This document shows positions 50,760 to 63,721 of a DNA stretch of 64,000 nucleotides, piece after piece. The DNA comes from Octopus sinensis. Its lineage: Eukaryota. The notes below the pieces were generated by a model that was not told the origin of the DNA, did no database searches, and worked only from the letters and a program-made list of their open reading frames with translations. How positions within the stretch are numbered: position 1 is the stretch's first letter; the number at the start of each line of letters is the position of its first letter. A program made the translations under genes and the position numbers. The stretch is taken from positions 26,474,001 to 26,538,000 of the forward strand of contig NC_043021.1 in the NCBI RefSeq assembly GCF_006345805.1. Reading direction: 5' to 3'.

Positions 50760-52150
50760 TTTAATCTCCTGTATTGATATGTAATTACTGTGCAAAAACT
50801 ATTTTCCAGTATTTTTCAACTCCTATTCATACCTCACTCAAATATAACATCTACATTCAACTTTGGAGTACTGGAATATGATATTAAACATCTTTAAAAA
50901 ATGCAGAGTAACACAGATTTGATGGAAGAAAGTTTTCATGTAAGTGCTTTTCACTGTTTTCAGTTTCTCAAACATGTGTTGTGAGGTAATCTGTATAGTA
51001 GTAATAGCAGCTTTTATCAATTCTGGTTTAGTTTCAGATTGAAAATATTTTATAAAATACTCCTCCCTTGCCTGTCATAACTGACTGCTTTTTTTTATAT
51101 TCTGAAAAAAAAAAAAAAAAAAAGGAATATTTTGGATTTCTCATTTCCACAAATCTAGATGTTCACCACATGCAACATTCCTAACAGTTTGGGCTTTGAT
51201 TTGTTGTTTTATGTATCCTGACTCGGTCATTTAATTTTGTTCCTATTTCGCTAATACTGCATTGTGGAAATCTTATGCACTAAATGAGGTTTTTTTTTTC
51301 TGTTTTGCAATTCATTTTTGCATTATCTTTAAATTCTTCCTCATTCTGAATATTTTGATTTCACCTTGTTTATTCAACTCACATGTTCCACAACAAAACT
51401 CCACATTTCATTACCTGCATTGTTTTTTCTTCCAATATGATTTCATGTTTCTTAAGAATTTTTTTGAGATTTGGTGGTTGTCTTCTGTCTATAATCTATG
51501 ACTATTTATTTTCTTAGATTCGATGACTGGTGTAAAGTTGGAAGGTATCATTTAGCCAAATGTTAGGTGTTGTGGTTTCTGGGATTGTGGTTGACTACAA
51601 CTAGAATATTTCTGTTTGTACCTTACCACTCTTTGTGAGAGTTTCTCTAAGTCAGATATTAGGGTTTATTTTGTCATAGCTAGGACATGATTTACTAAAC
51701 TTTTCAGGTAGTTCTGCCAGTTCTCTATCTTGTTTACTTGAGTTTATAGCTATTATGCATGTATGTCTTGCCATATTGAATGAGATATTTTTTTTAATAT
51801 GGGATGGATGGCAAGATTTTTTGGTTTGTGTCTTTGCTATAGAGATTGGTTTTAATACTCCCAATTTTTTTTAATTATCAAAATATCCAGATTGGCAAGT
51901 TCTCTTTCATTCATTTCCATTGTGAATTGGATTGATTTATGAATGCTACTGATTCATTTAAGGCATCTTGGAAGATTTTCTTCATGTCTGCTCCAAAATT
52001 CAAAACAGTCATTCAGGGGTTTTTTCTACTTTTTTTAAAAATAGGATTGGAAATGCTGATCAAAAGTATTTCTGGATTTAGTATAGATTTTTTTCTATTG
52101 TTGCAAATGTGGGTGCAACATTTGTATCCATTGCCATCCTTGTCAAGGTA
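50760..52150 (-). mobile_element. Decayed Penelope-like element (RT plus GIY-YIG endonuclease)
   Basis: Minus-strand remnants in the expected order: AMDTNVAPTFAT, HKSIQFTMEMNERELANLDILI, SCHPSHIKKNISFNMARHTCII, RRQPPNLKKIL, MNCKTE..NLI*CIRFPQC..SEIGTKLNDRVRIH, REEYFIKYFQ. Confidence 0.8.
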
Positions 52151-53310
52151 AGATAAAAAAAAGTAGTAATCGTTTTCTTGCATCACTCTTAATCTAACTA
52201 GTATAAATATTTTCAGAATTTGCCTGATTTATGTGTGGTTATTTGTCTATCTAGAATTCCACTGCCTTCAAATCCTAATCCACAAGGCATATTTGTGGAA
52301 GAGGCCAGTCACATCGAAACTAATCAGGATCATCTCTATATTTACTCTTTCAATCATAAACTAAATTAGAAATGGTGAAAACCACTACTACAAGCAATTA
52401 CTACCATGCAGATTATCTTATCGTGTGTGATTGAGAATCTGTATAAATTGTTTTGGCTTCTGAAAGGATTTCCAAAGAAACGGTGAACAATATTTTGTAG
52501 GGTTTTAGAGTTCAATAACGTCACATTTCTTGTATTTGAGTTACTGAATGAGTGTTTATGTTGGGTGAAGCTAATTTTAGATGAGTTTTGGGCCTCGCAG
52601 AAGCAATGACAAATGACCAAGACCTTTGGCATTATGTTGCGCTTGAGAAGAAAACCCATCAAGCCAAGTGAAATTGTAGTCGTGGCAGATACACAGGTGT
52701 CATGCAAATGGCACATAAAAGCACCCATTACTTCCTTGCAATGGTTGGTGTAAGAAACCATTCCAAATCAGACTACAGTATGGTGCAGCCTTCCAGCTTG
52801 CCAGCCCTAGTCAAACCATCCAACCCATGCCAGTATGGACAATGGACATTGAATGATGATGATGATGATTTGCCATTAATTCTATATATGAAAATTATGG
52901 AGAAGTGTTATTGCACAGCTGCTGCCCAACATAGTACCTCTGTTGTGAGACATTTTTCTTGTATCTGTCATAGGTTATTCTTAGTGCCATTGCAATTTCA
53001 AATAATTATATTGTCAGATGGAAGTTGGGGGTGGGGTGGGTGTTTAATTTCCATTTGTTAGAAAAAAAATATTTGGGAGAAGTTAGAAGTGATGGAATAT
53101 GTGTTTTATGTTGAATGAACCTGTTAGAGACAAAACTTCAAAGTCTTTGTTGAAACAATTTTATCTAAGTTTTACTCTACGTAATGTATTGAGTTCTGCT
53201 TTCGGTAAATGTTTTGTTGTTTCTTGAATTTATTAAATATACCAGATACATAATACATACTTACACACTCGTGTTTGCTTGTATATATATATGTACATAT
53301 GCGTATATAT

Positions 53311-53620
53311 ATCATCATCATCATCATCGTTTAACGTCCGTTTTCCGCGCTAGCACGGGTTGGACGGTTTCGACCGGGGTCTGGGGAGCCAGGGGCTGCC
53401 CCAGGCTCCAGTCTGGTCTGGCAGTGTTTCTACAGCTGGATGCCCTTCCTAACGCCAACCACTCCGCGAGTGTAGTGGGTGCTTTTTACGTGCCACCTGC
53501 ACAGGTGCCAGAGGGGTCTGGCATCGGCCACGGTCAGTTGGTGCTTTTTATGTGCCACCTGCACAGAAGCCAGTCGGGGCGGTGCTGGCATCGGCCACGT
53601 TCGGATGGTGCTTTTTATGT
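53311..53620 (-). mobile_element. RTE 3'-end fragment (tail family B), young copy
   Basis: Reverse complement of the RTE 3'UTR with CpGs intact. More than 15 further copies, e.g. 3315-3500, 3790-4025, 12010-12480, 16800-17110, 24000-24450, 33720-33930, 37245-37610, 39826-40093 and 59310-59465. Confidence 0.88.
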
Positions 53621-53959
53621 GGGGGGAGGGTGCAGAAATATAGGGGAGCACCAGTGGGGAGGGGTGTTCGGAGAAACGATGACAGGTTCTAGACAAGTAG
53701 AACGTAGGATATCACGAGAGGGGTAATGCATGGTGAAATAGCGTATATAATATATATATGTATGTATAAATTAGAAAAAAAACACCTTCTACCAATTCAA
53801 TAATGAAAAATTAAATTATACCATTTAGAAAAATTACATATTATAGAAAGACTAAATATAAAATGAAATATCTAACAATGATTAAGTAATGTGCATAATG
53901 ATAAATAAAATGTATATATTTGGTGTATATATATATATATAATCATAATATCGACCAGA

Positions 53960-54090
53960 CCATCAGCTGGTCCTAATGTGCTTCCAGTTCTGTCTTGATT
54001 TTGGCCCAAATTCTTTTCCAGTCTCTCGAATGCCACTTGGCAAGTGCATTGGTTCATCTGTTGTCTGTGAATCTTGCAACATGTTCAACT
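53960..54090 (-). pseudogene. RTE LINE C-terminal fragment from a different subfamily
   Basis: EHVARFTDNR*TNALAKWHSRDWKR resembles the RTE GHVAR..DNRW....W.PR..KR motif. Confidence 0.65.
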
Positions 54091-54447
54091 ATTCCTGGAT
54101 GTTACACCCTCACCATCTCTCTTTTGCCCTCTGGGGGACCATATGTTCTCTTCAGAAAGACACCTGCTCCTGACCCCTCCCCTCATACTTTCACATCCTG
54201 CAATGCTTATACCCCACTCAGTTGAGGGGACATTAACCTCGCAAGCACTTGGTGACCTCACTGCCGATGGTTCTACAAAAACGCACCCAGCACACTCTGT
54301 AAAATCGTTGGCATTAGGAAGAGCATCTAGTTTCCAAAAACCATGCCAAAGCTGACATAGGAGCTCAATGCATCCCACTGGGTTGTTGGTTCCTGTCCAT
54401 CCATGCCAGCATAGCAGAAAGGGGTGTTAACTGATGATGATGATGAG

Positions 54448-54484
<37 letters not shown>

Positions 54485-54520
54485 TGTATATATGTATGTA
54501 TGTGTATATATGTATGTATG

Positions 54521-54597
<77 letters not shown>

Positions 54598-55593
54598 GTT
54601 ATCGCCATACTAATATGGCATTCTTATAAAAATAAGAAAAAAGCTGTCCGCTTATTAGCTCCATGAGGCCATCGCCTTAAGTTAGCTATTTGATACACAA
54701 ACTGTATCCATATAACCTTCGAACAAGGGAGGTCAGTCGCACCACACTACTTGTATATATACACATAAAAATATGTGCAAAATGCATGTACATTGTTTGC
54801 GCTTATGGCGGTATGTGCAATGTATTTTCCATTTATTTCCATTCAGTCTGTCGCCACTGGTGATGAGAAAGGGTTTTTAATAACTCATACCATGAAATCT
54901 ATAGATTTGGGATTATCCAAATAATTTTATAAGTCCTCGCTGTCTATTTTCCTCGCTTACAACCTTGTGTAGTGGAGTAATAATCTAAGGGGTTCATAGA
55001 CCTTTTGGGGTCTATTTCTTGCAGACTGGTGCTGAAATCATTCAACACCCCTATTATAATTTTAATATAAATTAACCATTATGGTATTTTTAGTATGCTG
55101 GCCACTAATGAATCATTAAATAGTAATTTTATCCTAATTATGTATAAATATATATATAGGTGTATATATAGGTATATAACCATCATCATTATCATCTTTC
55201 TCACTGTGTGGCACCTTGGGCAAGTGTCTTCTTACTATAGCCTTGGGCCGACAAAAAGCCTTGTGAGTCAATTTGGTGGACAGAAACTGAAAGGATCCTG
55301 TCATGTATATAATGTATGTATGTGTGAGTCTGTGTTTTTCCTTCACCTCCAATTGACAACTGGTCAAGTGCAGTTGAGCAAAAGAGATCAATAGAATAAG
55401 AACTTAGCTTTAAAAAAATAAGTCCTGGGGTCAATTTGTTCAACTAAAATCCTTCAAGGCAGTGCCCCAGCATGGCCACAGTTAAATGATAAAAGATATA
55501 TTTAGATATAAAGGAGAAAGACTGAAAATGTTGACTAAAAAGCACATAGCACCCGCTGGCGACTGCCTGAGTTACCGGTACCTTGAGCCGGCC

Positions 55594-55624
<31 letters not shown>

Positions 55625-56959
55625 CATACATACATACGTGTATGTGCACCGCCTTTAGTCGAGCAAATCGACCCCAGGACTTACTCTTTGTAAGCCTAAT
55701 ACTTATTCTATTGCTCTCTTTTGCTGAACCACTAAGTTACAAGGACACAAACACACCAACAATTGGTTGTCAGGCGATGGTGGCGGGGGGGATAAAACAG
55801 ACACAAATACATACATATATATACGAAGGGCTTCTTTCAGTTTCCATCTACCAAATCCAGTCACAAGGCTTTGGTCAGCCTAAGGCTATAGTAGAAGACA
55901 TGCAGTGGGACTGAACTTGGAACCATATGGTTGGCAAGCAAGCTACCTACCACATAGTCACTCCTGCGCCTATTTTACGTATTTCAATAATTACACTACG
56001 GCCATTCTGGGGCAACACCTTAATGAATTTTTATACAAATGAATCGAGCCCAGTCATTTTTTTTATTAAAGCCTGTGCTTTTTTTTAATCATATCATTCT
56101 CTTTTTGGCGAACTACCCAAGTTACGGGACGTAAATACATCAACACCGGCTGTCCCGTGGTAGTTGGGCACACAGACATACAATCTATATATATATAAAT
56201 AAAAATTATAAATATATTGTGTTTGTATATCACGCACACCAATGTGTAGAGGTTTCAAATTTCGGCCCAAGGAAGGCAATTTCATGGCAGGGCTAAGTCG
56301 ATTAGCCCGATCCTTGGGTTAAACTGGGGAAATAGGCGGAATTTGAACTCAGAACGTAATGACAGACGAACTACCACTAAGCATTTTGCCCGGCGTGCAA
56401 CTCGTCGCCTTCAAACATATATTTCAAGTTGTAAGCCACAATGTTGAAATTTTATATGGGGGAGGGACTCATCTTTTCAAGTCAAACATTTCATGGAGTT
56501 ATGTCTAATCTGTGACTGTCCTCCTAATTTGTTTTCTTTCTTTCTTTTACTCCCGATAGAATAAAATAGAAAAGCAAAAAAAAAAAAAAAAAAAAAAAAT
56601 AGTAATAATAATAATAACTCGACAAAACTAATAATGCTTTAGCTGTGCCCCTCCTTCAGCACTTCAATGTGACTCTGGGAAAAGTTTCTGTTTTGAATAA
56701 TAATAATTTAATTATATAAATTTGTAGGAGTATTTTCTGAAAATAGTAATTGTAGACTTCAACTTCATTTTAGGCCATATATTCTGTTAAATTTGTATAT
56801 ATTTTATGAAGCTCAACACGAATCTTACGAGATGGCTTCGATGCAACAATTTCTGCGTTAATAGACGTTCTCGGTGCAAAGCGAAAAATTGTCAGAATTT
56901 CTTTAAAAAGCAACCTTTTTATTTTTAATATAGAGTAAATTTCATAGTATTGTATTTCA

Positions 56960-57685
56960 TTATATTTCAGGTATTTTCATAAAGACAGGCGAGACCGGAT
57001 ATCGCTCGCACTCGTAACTTCTTTTAATCCGTAGACGCACCAAAGTAGCTGAAAGTCCGACAGTTTCGTACATACCAACCACAGACAAACATTCATTTCG
57101 TGCTAACCTCCCCCCCCAGTTTTCTCTTTACATCTAAATCTACTCCTTACTTTTTTGTTTCCTCTATTCAATTATTTTTATTTCTTCTCTTCCTCTCATC
57201 TCTCCGTAGTTTTTTTCTTTTTCTTCACCGTGTAATAAACAGAAAGAAGACGAAGAAGAAGGCAGGACATGCCAGAGCGACCTTCTCGCACTTGCTTCAG
57301 TGTTATTTCCTGAGAAAGCAAGGCGGTGGCGACGGTGGTGGTGAAATAAGTGAGATAGTTACAGAGGATTGTAGTTAAGAGGTCGGTGGAGAGGATGGAC
57401 TTCCGCAAACTTCACTTGGTTTATTTATTTTTTTACCTATTTATTTCTAGCGTGTGAAAATTTCCCACGGCTCCTCTCTCTCTCTCTCCCTCCCCCTCTC
57501 TCTCCCTTCTTCTCCTCCTCCCTCGTCGGTCTGTGTCTTTCTTTCTGTCTGAAAGTCTGTCGTTACCCGCGCCTGGTTTCGTTTGACCTGTTGTTGTTGT
57601 TGTGGCTTTTTAAAAATATTTTTATTCATGTTATTGAGTGTTACGAGGATGAATCGAGGATCGTATCACCTACCTACCTACCTAC

Positions 57686-57719
<34 letters not shown>

Positions 57720-58080
57720 CTCTCTCTCTCTCTGTGCATGTATTATCGCACACACGTACACACACTCACTGACACTGACAATCCAATGAAGACCAAGCAG
57801 GCCGAAACTTCGGAGTTACTATCAACATTATTCTTGTTAAAGAGTAATAAATATCTACTCGAGCAAATCCTTCACTTTAATGTAAAAACTGCTTTTATTA
57901 TAACACGACATAGAAACCCATATCACACACACGTGTGTGTGTGTGTGAAAATGAAGGTTTTATTATTCGAAAGCGACGTTGACTGATGGCGGCGGAGGAG
58001 GAGGGCGAGGAGGAGGGGGAGGGCGATGACTCAAGCTGAGAGGGAATTCATTGTAAAGTTCAAGTTGACGAGACTACGAG
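56960..58080. promoter_or_regulatory. CpG-retaining promoter/UTR-like block
   Basis: Non-repetitive, CpG-rich, with (CT)n and (GGA)n tracts. Donor-like sites occur on both strands and no convincing ORF was found. Orientation unresolved. Confidence 0.4.
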
Positions 58081-58272
58081 TGTGTGTGTGTGTGTTTAGA
58101 TGTTTGTTTTAAGATGTATGTATGTGTGTGTGTGTCTGTCTGTATGTATGTCTGTCTGTCTGTATGGAGCACACGGACAGAACAAACAGAAAGGCAGAAA
58201 TGCTTAGAGTCATATTTGGTTAATGTTTATTTCAACACCCGGTCACCAAAAAACAGGTGTAAAAAAAATGTT

Positions 58273-58679
58273 GGATCTTTTCGGTTTGACCGGCAGTTTT
58301 TTAAAATAATTTCCACGTAACTAAACACTTTTAAACTTCGTATACTGGTAGAATGTGTTTATAAAACTTTTTCTCTTGGCTTTATTGAGAAAATTCTATA
58401 GTTTGTAAGATATATGTTGTTATTTTTCTTCATTTTATGTAATTTCAACCAATCAATGACGTCTGTTGAGGTGAAAACATTCTGTGCCGTATTAATATGT
58501 CCCTCGTTTAAGAAACAGATTGGGTTTATTTATATTTCTGAGGAAAAAAAGATGCCCTTCCTCCACCCCTAACCCTAAAACAGATTGAAATGCAATAGAT
58601 CGATACTAGGGTCATAATTATGGGTGACAATTCCATATGACACCACTAGAAAAAACTGCCTTTCAAACCGAAAAGATCC
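58273..58679. mobile_element. MITE with ~30-bp TIRs, possibly Merlin superfamily
   Basis: GGATCTTTTCGGTTTGACCGGCAGTTTTT and AAAAACTGCCTTTCAAACCGAAAAGATCC. GG..CC ends and a degenerate 8-bp TSD (AAAATGTT / CAAATGTG). Confidence 0.65.
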
Positions 58680-59501
58680 CAAATGTGTATTAAACGAATA
58701 TAAAAACGAAAATTTGCGACAACGAACGGTGGGTGAGTGGGTGGGGAGAGAGGACTTTCGGAAAATTCACAAGATCCGATTTTTCTCCTCATAACTTTCA
58801 TGAAAATGGATAACTTTTAATGAAATTCTATATAAATACCTTTCAAACGGCATAGATTACGATTATAAAGAAATTTGTGGGAAAAAATTTTCCCGAGAGA
58901 AAAATTCATAAATTGTTTTTTGCTTGAGTGCAATGGACAAAAGTTTTTAAAAAAATGTTTACATTCATTTATTTTTCGTTTGAGTCATATAATAAGGTTT
59001 TAAAAAAGATCCCAGCCGTGGAGATGTGCTATGAACAACAGCTAAGTCGCCCTTAACTTTTTTTTCCATAGTGAAACCATATTCAACACCGAATTTATGA
59101 ATTTGTTTCTCTCACCATGATACATGGTGTACATAGATACATACACGTATACAGACACAGATATGTATACATAAGATACATACTTATGTATTTATGTATG
59201 CAAAACGCACACACATATATGTGCATGCATACATATATGCATATATATATATTATATATATACATTTACGCATACATGTATATGTAAGCATATATATATG
59301 TACACATATATCATCATCATCATCATCGTTTAACGTCTGTTTTCCATGCTAGCATGGGTTGGACGGTTCAACCGGGGTCTTGGAAGCCAGGCTCCAGTCT
59401 GATCATGCTGTGTTTCTACAGCTGGATGCCCTTCCTAACGCCAACCACTCCATGAGTGTAGTGGACGTATGCGTATGTATGTATGCATATGTGTGTGTGT
59501 G

Positions 59502-60413
59502 TACTAGGTGTGTTCAAAAAGTATCCAACCTTTGGGCATAAAAGGAACATGTCACAAATTTTATTCAGTCCCCTTCAAAATGCTCCCCTTGGGAGTTTAC
59601 ACACTTCTCCCAGCAGTTCTGCCACTGTTGGTAGCACCTCTGGAATGCCTTCTCTGGAATACTATGGAGCTCCACTGTTGCTTTCCTTATAATTTCCTCT
59701 TGCAACACAGATTGCCTTTCAGTGTAGTTTCAGTTTGGTGAAGGACCAGAGGTCACACGATGCCAAGTCGGGAGAGTTGGGAGCCTGTCGAACAAGTGGT
59801 GTCCTTGACCTGGAAAGCTTGGATTACGAGCTCTGTTCAAAAAGTATCCGCCTTTATCTTTCTGCTGACACTCTCCACATGCACAAATCCTCTCTTCAAA
59901 TGGAAAGAACTGATCCTGTGCTCATTCCCACTTTGTAAGCAAATTCCTGGATTGCAACATGACAGTCTTCCATGATTGTATGTGATCCTTCTTAATTGTC
60001 TACTCATTTCAGCCAGTAAATGTCCTGCCTGAGCATGCCTTGCTCTCCACTGAGCTGTGGCCATGTTTCAAGCAGTTGTACCATTCCTTGATCTGAGTTT
60101 TGCCCATGGCATCATTGCCAAAGGCTTGCTGAATCTTCTGGATGGTTAGAACTTCAATACCACCGAACAATTGGCAAAACTTGATGCAATACCCCTGTTT
60201 GACACCTTCGGTCATCTTGTGCAAAAAGGAAAATCCAACAGATGCACCCTGTCCGTACTCTAGGCATAACAGCCAGGAACTGATGCAACCTACCAGTGTT
60301 AAAATTTTCATGCATTCACAGGAAAGGTGTCGTCACCTCCCTCTCAAAGGATTTTGTCCATGCAACATCAGTTTTGGAAAAATTTTAAATAGTTTTTGAA
60401 CGCACCTTTTCTA
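59502..60413 (-). mobile_element. Internally deleted mariner transposon
   Basis: Termini TACTAGGTGTGTTCAAAAAGTAT and ATAGTTTTTGAACGCACCT. Minus HTH remnant CIKFCQLFGG..VLTIQKIQQAFGNDAMGKTQIKEWYNCLKHGHSSVESKACSGR. Confidence 0.88.
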
Positions 60414-60699
60414 GAAATGTATACAGAAATGGTGGTGCCCCAGCATGGCCACAGCTCGTGAGCTGAAACTAGATAAAATAAATAAAAATGAAATAAATAT
60501 ATATATTATGTATTCACACAGATGGAGTTTGGGAGTGTTCATTAGGACTGTCAGTCAGTTCTTGCAATTAGTCAAGTAATCAACTAATTGATCAATTGGT
60601 TCAGTTTGGGCGAGGTTCTTTCATCACATCCTTTTGGTAGAATGTTAGGAAGATGGGTTGCAGGGGTGAGGTTTACCAGGGACAGATTGTGTGCAGGCC

Positions 60700-60920
60700 A
60701 TAGACATAAACAACAAGCCTTTATGGCCATGGACCCTCCCAAGCACAGCAAATTGCTAATCAACCCAGCCCTTCATCATCTTCTCTGTGAGGTTCAACAT
60801 CCAAAGATCGTTTTTCACTACTTCATCCCACATCTTCATAGGTCTTCTTCTACATTTAGAGATCTGCACTTCCTTATGCATCACATGACCATTATGCATC
60901 ACATGATCATACCAGTTCGG
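60700..60920 (-). mobile_element. Decayed RTE ORF end / 3'UTR start
   Basis: GAAGTAGTGAAAAACGATCTTTGG...CTCACAGAGAAGATGA aligns with 39155-39280. Confidence 0.6.
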
Positions 60921-61959
60921 TCTTCTTTTCTGTTACCACAATGTTGTGTTTTTATGTATTGCATATTATTATTGTCTTGAAGTATTGAACTCCAAGGTCC
61001 AAAGTCTCCGAATGTAAGATGGTTGGAACTGTTAGCCCTCATATTGGACCTTCTCCATGAAGGGCCAGCTATTACTTTTTGTCCTGCCTCTACCTTAAAA
61101 CCTTTTGGGTTGGATCTGTTGGTTGTGTGACCAACTGTTGGTATAGTCTTTAAATCTTTCCCACCATAAATCAAATATTTTTTCCTTGCATGAATCTCAG
61201 GCAAAATTGATTTTTAAAATTCCCCCTTTAATAAATATGGTCCTATAAACTTAGTGAAATATGGATGTGTATGTTTATGGAAACACACATCATCATTTTA
61301 CTTCTGATTTCCAGTTTTTCTATGTTTGAATTCTGAATGAGATTTCTTAAGGCCCTTTCTGTCATCAGTCCTCACTTGTTTCCAATGCTGGTTGGACATT
61401 CTCCTCACAGAATATTGGAAATGAATGACATCCATTCAAAGCAATAAACAAATACACATACAATAAGCTTCTTTTACTTTCCATCTATCAATTCCACTTA
61501 CACGTCTTTGGTCAGCTTGGAGTTGTAAAAAAATACTTGGCCTTGGTACCACACAATGTCCTTGAAACCATATGGTTGGGACTGAACTTGAAACCATATG
61601 ATTGGGAAGCAGACTTCTTGACCACACAGCCAATACATATATATATTGTACGTTCCAGCTTCCAATCATTTCCATCACACACTCTGCCTTTCACTCTGAA
61701 CAGAAGTCCCTTTTTCTTAGTGGAGGTAATAATGTTCTGGACTTTTTTCAATTTATTTTTTCGAGATGATCTGCTTTCACCTCACCCAGATATTACAAAA
61801 AAAACAAAAAAAACAAAAAAAACATTTTGGGTATTTTTAGGGAGCTTTTTGGGTGTTTGACAGAACCTGGTCCTTAATACTTGTTGTCCGTGTGCAGCTT
61901 CTGCTTATGAATTATGAAATCTCCCCCTTTCCTGCAGGCTGAGTGTGATCATTTCCTTA

Positions 61960-62720
61960 ATGGTAAAAGTATTCTGTCTTCTCTCTTTCTTACTAATTCT
62001 TTAGTCATCACTCAGTTGATGCCTCTTCATTCAAGGTTTTGCTTCTATGAGTGGAATCTCTTCTCCAAATTTACTCTAGGGTCAGCTAAAAGAACTAGGC
62101 CATCAGCACGGGCAACTGGTCTGAAACTGACATAACTTGGAGGACTCTAATGAACAGAAGTGACCTGAGGAATGAGTCCTGATGGACTCTTACCTGTGTG
62201 CTAAATTCATCACAGACCTCACTGCTAACTTTCACCTTGCTGACTGTTACCACCTGTATGGCTCTTGCAAACCACTCAGTCTCCTAGTCTCCAACCAAAT
62301 CAGAGAGTGCTAAACCCTATCAGAGCCTTCTCTTGATCAACAAATGTGATTAACCATATGACCATTATGCAAGAATCTGTTTTTCCTCCAACCCTCTTGT
62401 CTCATATTTTAACCCTTCACTGCCAAGCTTTTTGACTTTTTCTGTGACTTTCATAACATCATCTAACAGTTTGGCACCTGTAGATTGTGCATCTCATTTG
62501 CCCTTGTAGCAGTTTACAATGCTGCTACTGCGGTGCCACACCTGACTTGTTATGCTGGTGACCAGCTCATCAGAAATTTTAAATATCTTAGCTGTAATTC
62601 TTGATGGATCTTGGAGCCTTCCCTACCTTCACATCCTTAATCACTCAATCCACCATGCTGCTGTCAAGTTAAATGACTGGTCCCTCTGTTGGGGGTCTGC
62701 ATTGGGTTGGCCCTTTTGTC
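61960..62720 (-). pseudogene. Highly decayed RTE RT fragment
   Basis: Minus strand GTGATTAAGGATGTGAAGGTAGGGAAGGCTCC...AGCAGCATTGTAAACTGCTACAAGGGCAAA aligns with 49730-49920. Confidence 0.65.
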
Positions 62721-63721
62721 CCATTCATTCTCTTCATTCAACAACATTTCATAGTAACACTTCCCAAGCCCTTATTTGGTCTTGTCAATGCCATGTATCC
62801 TTTTATCACTTGCATGAACTAAATTGGTGCTTTGGTATATAGGAAGCAGTGAATAACACATTCACTGATATTGCTGAATTCTTGCTGTGTTGTAAAAAAC
62901 TCAGTGAATGCAACTGAAGTACCATTAAGTGAAAATCGCCATATATGTATCATACTAAATGTATATACACCATTGAAAAGTATGCGTGAAATGCATGTCA
63001 CTCTCGTGAGTCACTGCTGCAAGGATGTTCGCCTCAACCCAACATGTATTGTGACTTTAATGCATATCTATGACGAGATTTTTCCCTCAGACAAAACCCA
63101 CAGCATCATGCCTTTCAATGGTCTATATACATCAAGTATGATACGCCAATTGGTAGGTGTAGGGGGTGGAGAAGGTAAATCCAAACTGTCCCCAACACCT
63201 GTCACATAATTGTCGCTTAATTAGCAATTGATGTTGCTAAACCTCGAGTTGTATAGTTGCAGTCATCGAAATATCCATCAAATTCGATATGGGGCCAAGT
63301 GGATAATAATATACGTTGATGAATAAACTTTGCTAGTCGAGTACCATCCGCTTTATGTCATTGGATCGCGCTACTCTGTTACTATTGTTACAAGGCCTTC
63401 GAGGAAAGAAGCTATCCTGAAGCTGGCTCCGGTAAAAACCTGTTGTTATTTTTGAATATGTGGTGTAGTGTACGGTGACGCGTTCATTTCACTTCATTCA
63501 TTTGTCGTCAACCGTTGCTGGTACCTACCGAGGTATAACACCCGGTTATTTTCGTGACTCCGACACAGTTCAACGAACACATTTTACCCCATTACACACA
63601 CTGTTTCCATTTCCTCGCTCTACTGGTTTGTTGAGTAATAAACAAAAACAACGATCATTAATCGATAAACCAAGAAACGTTCTTCTTTCTCACAGATATT
63701 TCTGGATACAGGAGGTCCGTA

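Noticed and set aside
50830-51103. Minus-strand exon after a poly-T CAG acceptor
   Set aside because: Stops in every frame from the acceptor, and the sequence is the C-terminus of the Penelope-like ORF.
51518-51544. 27-nt microexon (TTCTTAG|...GAAG|GTATCA) as exon 2 of the 42969 gene
   Set aside because: Phase 0 gives an immediate stop, and it lies antisense within a Penelope-like element.
62871-63209. 112-aa ORF as a gene
   Set aside because: Non-ATG start in the track, no recognisable domain, and it overlaps an inverted repeat.
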